Source: Octopus sinensis (lineage: Eukaryota). Taken from it: DNA of 7,690 nt. The notes under the pieces were generated by a model that saw only the letters and a program-made list of their open reading frames with translations, was not told where the DNA came from and did no database searches. The first letter of the stretch is position 1. Every line of letters starts with the position of its first letter. Made by a program: the position numbers and the translations under genes. This document shows, one piece after another, positions 6,420-7,690 of this stretch. The DNA lies in assembly GCF_006345805.1 (NCBI RefSeq), contig NW_021828794.1:1-7690 (forward strand), written 5' to 3'.

Positions 6420-7224
6420 TCTTCTCTTTGCTTGGGTTTGAAATGGAAACAGTTTTCAGTGAACAACCCTATGATCCATATGCCACTTTTCATTGGACAA
6501 ATACCTCTCAGAAGGGCCAAAATAAGTCTATGAAGCACCAATGCTTGGACCGAAGATGCACCCGACGAGGAGGTGCGGTTTCGTGTAAAACTCTAACAGA
6601 AAAACCTGTTGTCGCTGTGGTTTTCAGCATCATGCTTGCTAAGTTCACTTTCGTAGGTTCTTGATTCGTATCTTGCACTGATACGATGTTGCCACGAATT
6701 ATGATCTTTCCGACCACCAGTTAGCTGCGGCCGAAGTAGCGCAAATCAATATAAGACTTGTCCTTTCTTTAGAGTTTGCCTGAAGAGTGGCGGTGCGAGC
6801 GCTAAAAGGTGAAGTATATTGCATGACTCAAATTGGAAGATGCGATCGGAGTTATCTTTTGATAGGTTTTCAAGCCTGGAAGTAATGGAATACGTGGTAA
6901 AACCACTGTCAGAAAAGCATCTTCCAGTTTTTAGCTTGCTGGACAAATAGAGAGAGCAACCGGACTATGTTCTTGAAGGCTGGTTTTCTATAGGAAGCGG
7001 AGTTCCCTATGAGTAGCGTTTAAAATTTATTCACAGCTAGAACATAGCAACGTTCTAGGTAAGCCACTGCTTTCTGTGTCAAGAATATTTCTGATTATTT
7101 TGCACGCAAATTTTATTTCTTGGACACTGTGTGAGGCACTCGCTTGCCTTTCTTTTCCTTGTTGCTCGACTGTGTTTCGGAATGCCCATTGACCACATGT
7201 AACCAAAAGAGGTGGTGAAAACAA
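6420..7224 (-). pseudogene. APE-type endonuclease domain remnant of the RTE ORF
   Basis: Manual translation compared with remembered RTE consensus: FACKIIRNILD (cf. IACWNIRTMLD); ELRFL*KTSLQEH; SITSRLENLSKDNSDRI (cf. SIASKLENLPTGHSDRI); KDKSYIDLR; KIIIRGN (cf. KIIILGDFN); LLEF; VHLRSKHWCFID (cf. MHPRSKHWHLID); DHR at 6476-6468; HFKPK. Confidence 0.9.
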
Positions 7225-7408
7225 TATTTAGTTATACTAAATTTTCTAAGTCCTTCTCGTGAGAAGGGCTGCAGCTAAAAAAGAGTGCTTTGCGGTTTAG
7301 GATTCTGCTAACAACCTAAACACCTGAACTACCTGCATACGGAGTCCAAACAGGGGTTTCCTATGGTCTCATACACCTACCATTTTCGCCACTTTGTTCT
7401 CACTTCAG

Positions 7409-7690
7409 AATTACATACGGAAGCACTCCGTCGGCTACGACGACGAGGGTTCCGGTTGATCCGAATCAACGGAACAGCCTGCTCGTGAAATTAACGTGTA
7501 AGTGGCTGAGCACTCCACAGACACGTGTACCCTTAACGTAGTTCTCGGGGATATTCAGCGTGACACAGAGAGTGACAAGGCCGGCCCCTTGAAATACAGG
7601 TACAACAGAAACAGGAAGTAAGAGTGAGAGAAAGTTGTGGTGAAAGAGTACAGCAGGGATCACCACCATCCCCTGCCGGAGCCACGTGGA
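7409..7690 (-). mobile_element. 3' part of a third SINE-like interspersed repeat (family C), running off the window
   Basis: GC-richer, well-preserved block unrelated to families A and B, with terminal stem-loops at 7429-7442 and 7449-7475. Recognised from memory as an abundant Octopus repeat; no head is visible in the window. Confidence 0.6.

Larger units (their letters stand above)
5765..7400 (-). mobile_element. Decayed RTE-clade non-LTR retrotransposon (LINE): 5' UTR, APE endonuclease and part of the RT; internally deleted, 3' end missing
   Basis: Collinear endonuclease and RT motif remnants on the minus strand with many stops and frameshifts. The 5' boundary is approximate. Confidence 0.88.

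Noticed and set aside
6317-6664. 115-aa plus-strand ORF
   Set aside because: It is antisense to the RTE remnant and has no motif of its own.
6779-6815. Hammerhead core CTGAAGAG (also CTGATGAG at 763 and CTGAAGAG at 1954)
   Set aside because: There is no properly placed stem II plus GAAA; the 6779 site lies in endonuclease-coding sequence.

Overview
AT-rich, repeat-dense, non-coding eukaryotic DNA with no intact protein-coding gene. The SINE types and the (TA)/(CA) microsatellite load suggest a coleoid cephalopod (Octopus-like) genome; this is recognition from memory and needs a database check. In order the window holds: a ~25-unit tandem array with a palindromic GGAA/TTCC core (78-927); palindromic microsatellites and a 170-bp foldback element (1275-1630); a cluster of two tRNA-derived SINE families (A and B), with a TIR MITE (8-bp TSD) nested inside one B copy (2496-3933); a repeat fragment with a telomere-like array (3934-4231); a minus-strand cluster of family-B SINEs in dimeric and deleted-dimer forms (4921-5705); a decayed, internally deleted RTE-clade LINE (minus strand, ~5765-7400); and the 3' part of a third SINE-like repeat cut by the window edge. 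Only the minus-strand ORFs in 6508-7224 (plus a short GSLFN piece of ORF 5765-5956) are real protein remnants. I see no convincing new gene system; the most interesting signals are structural.
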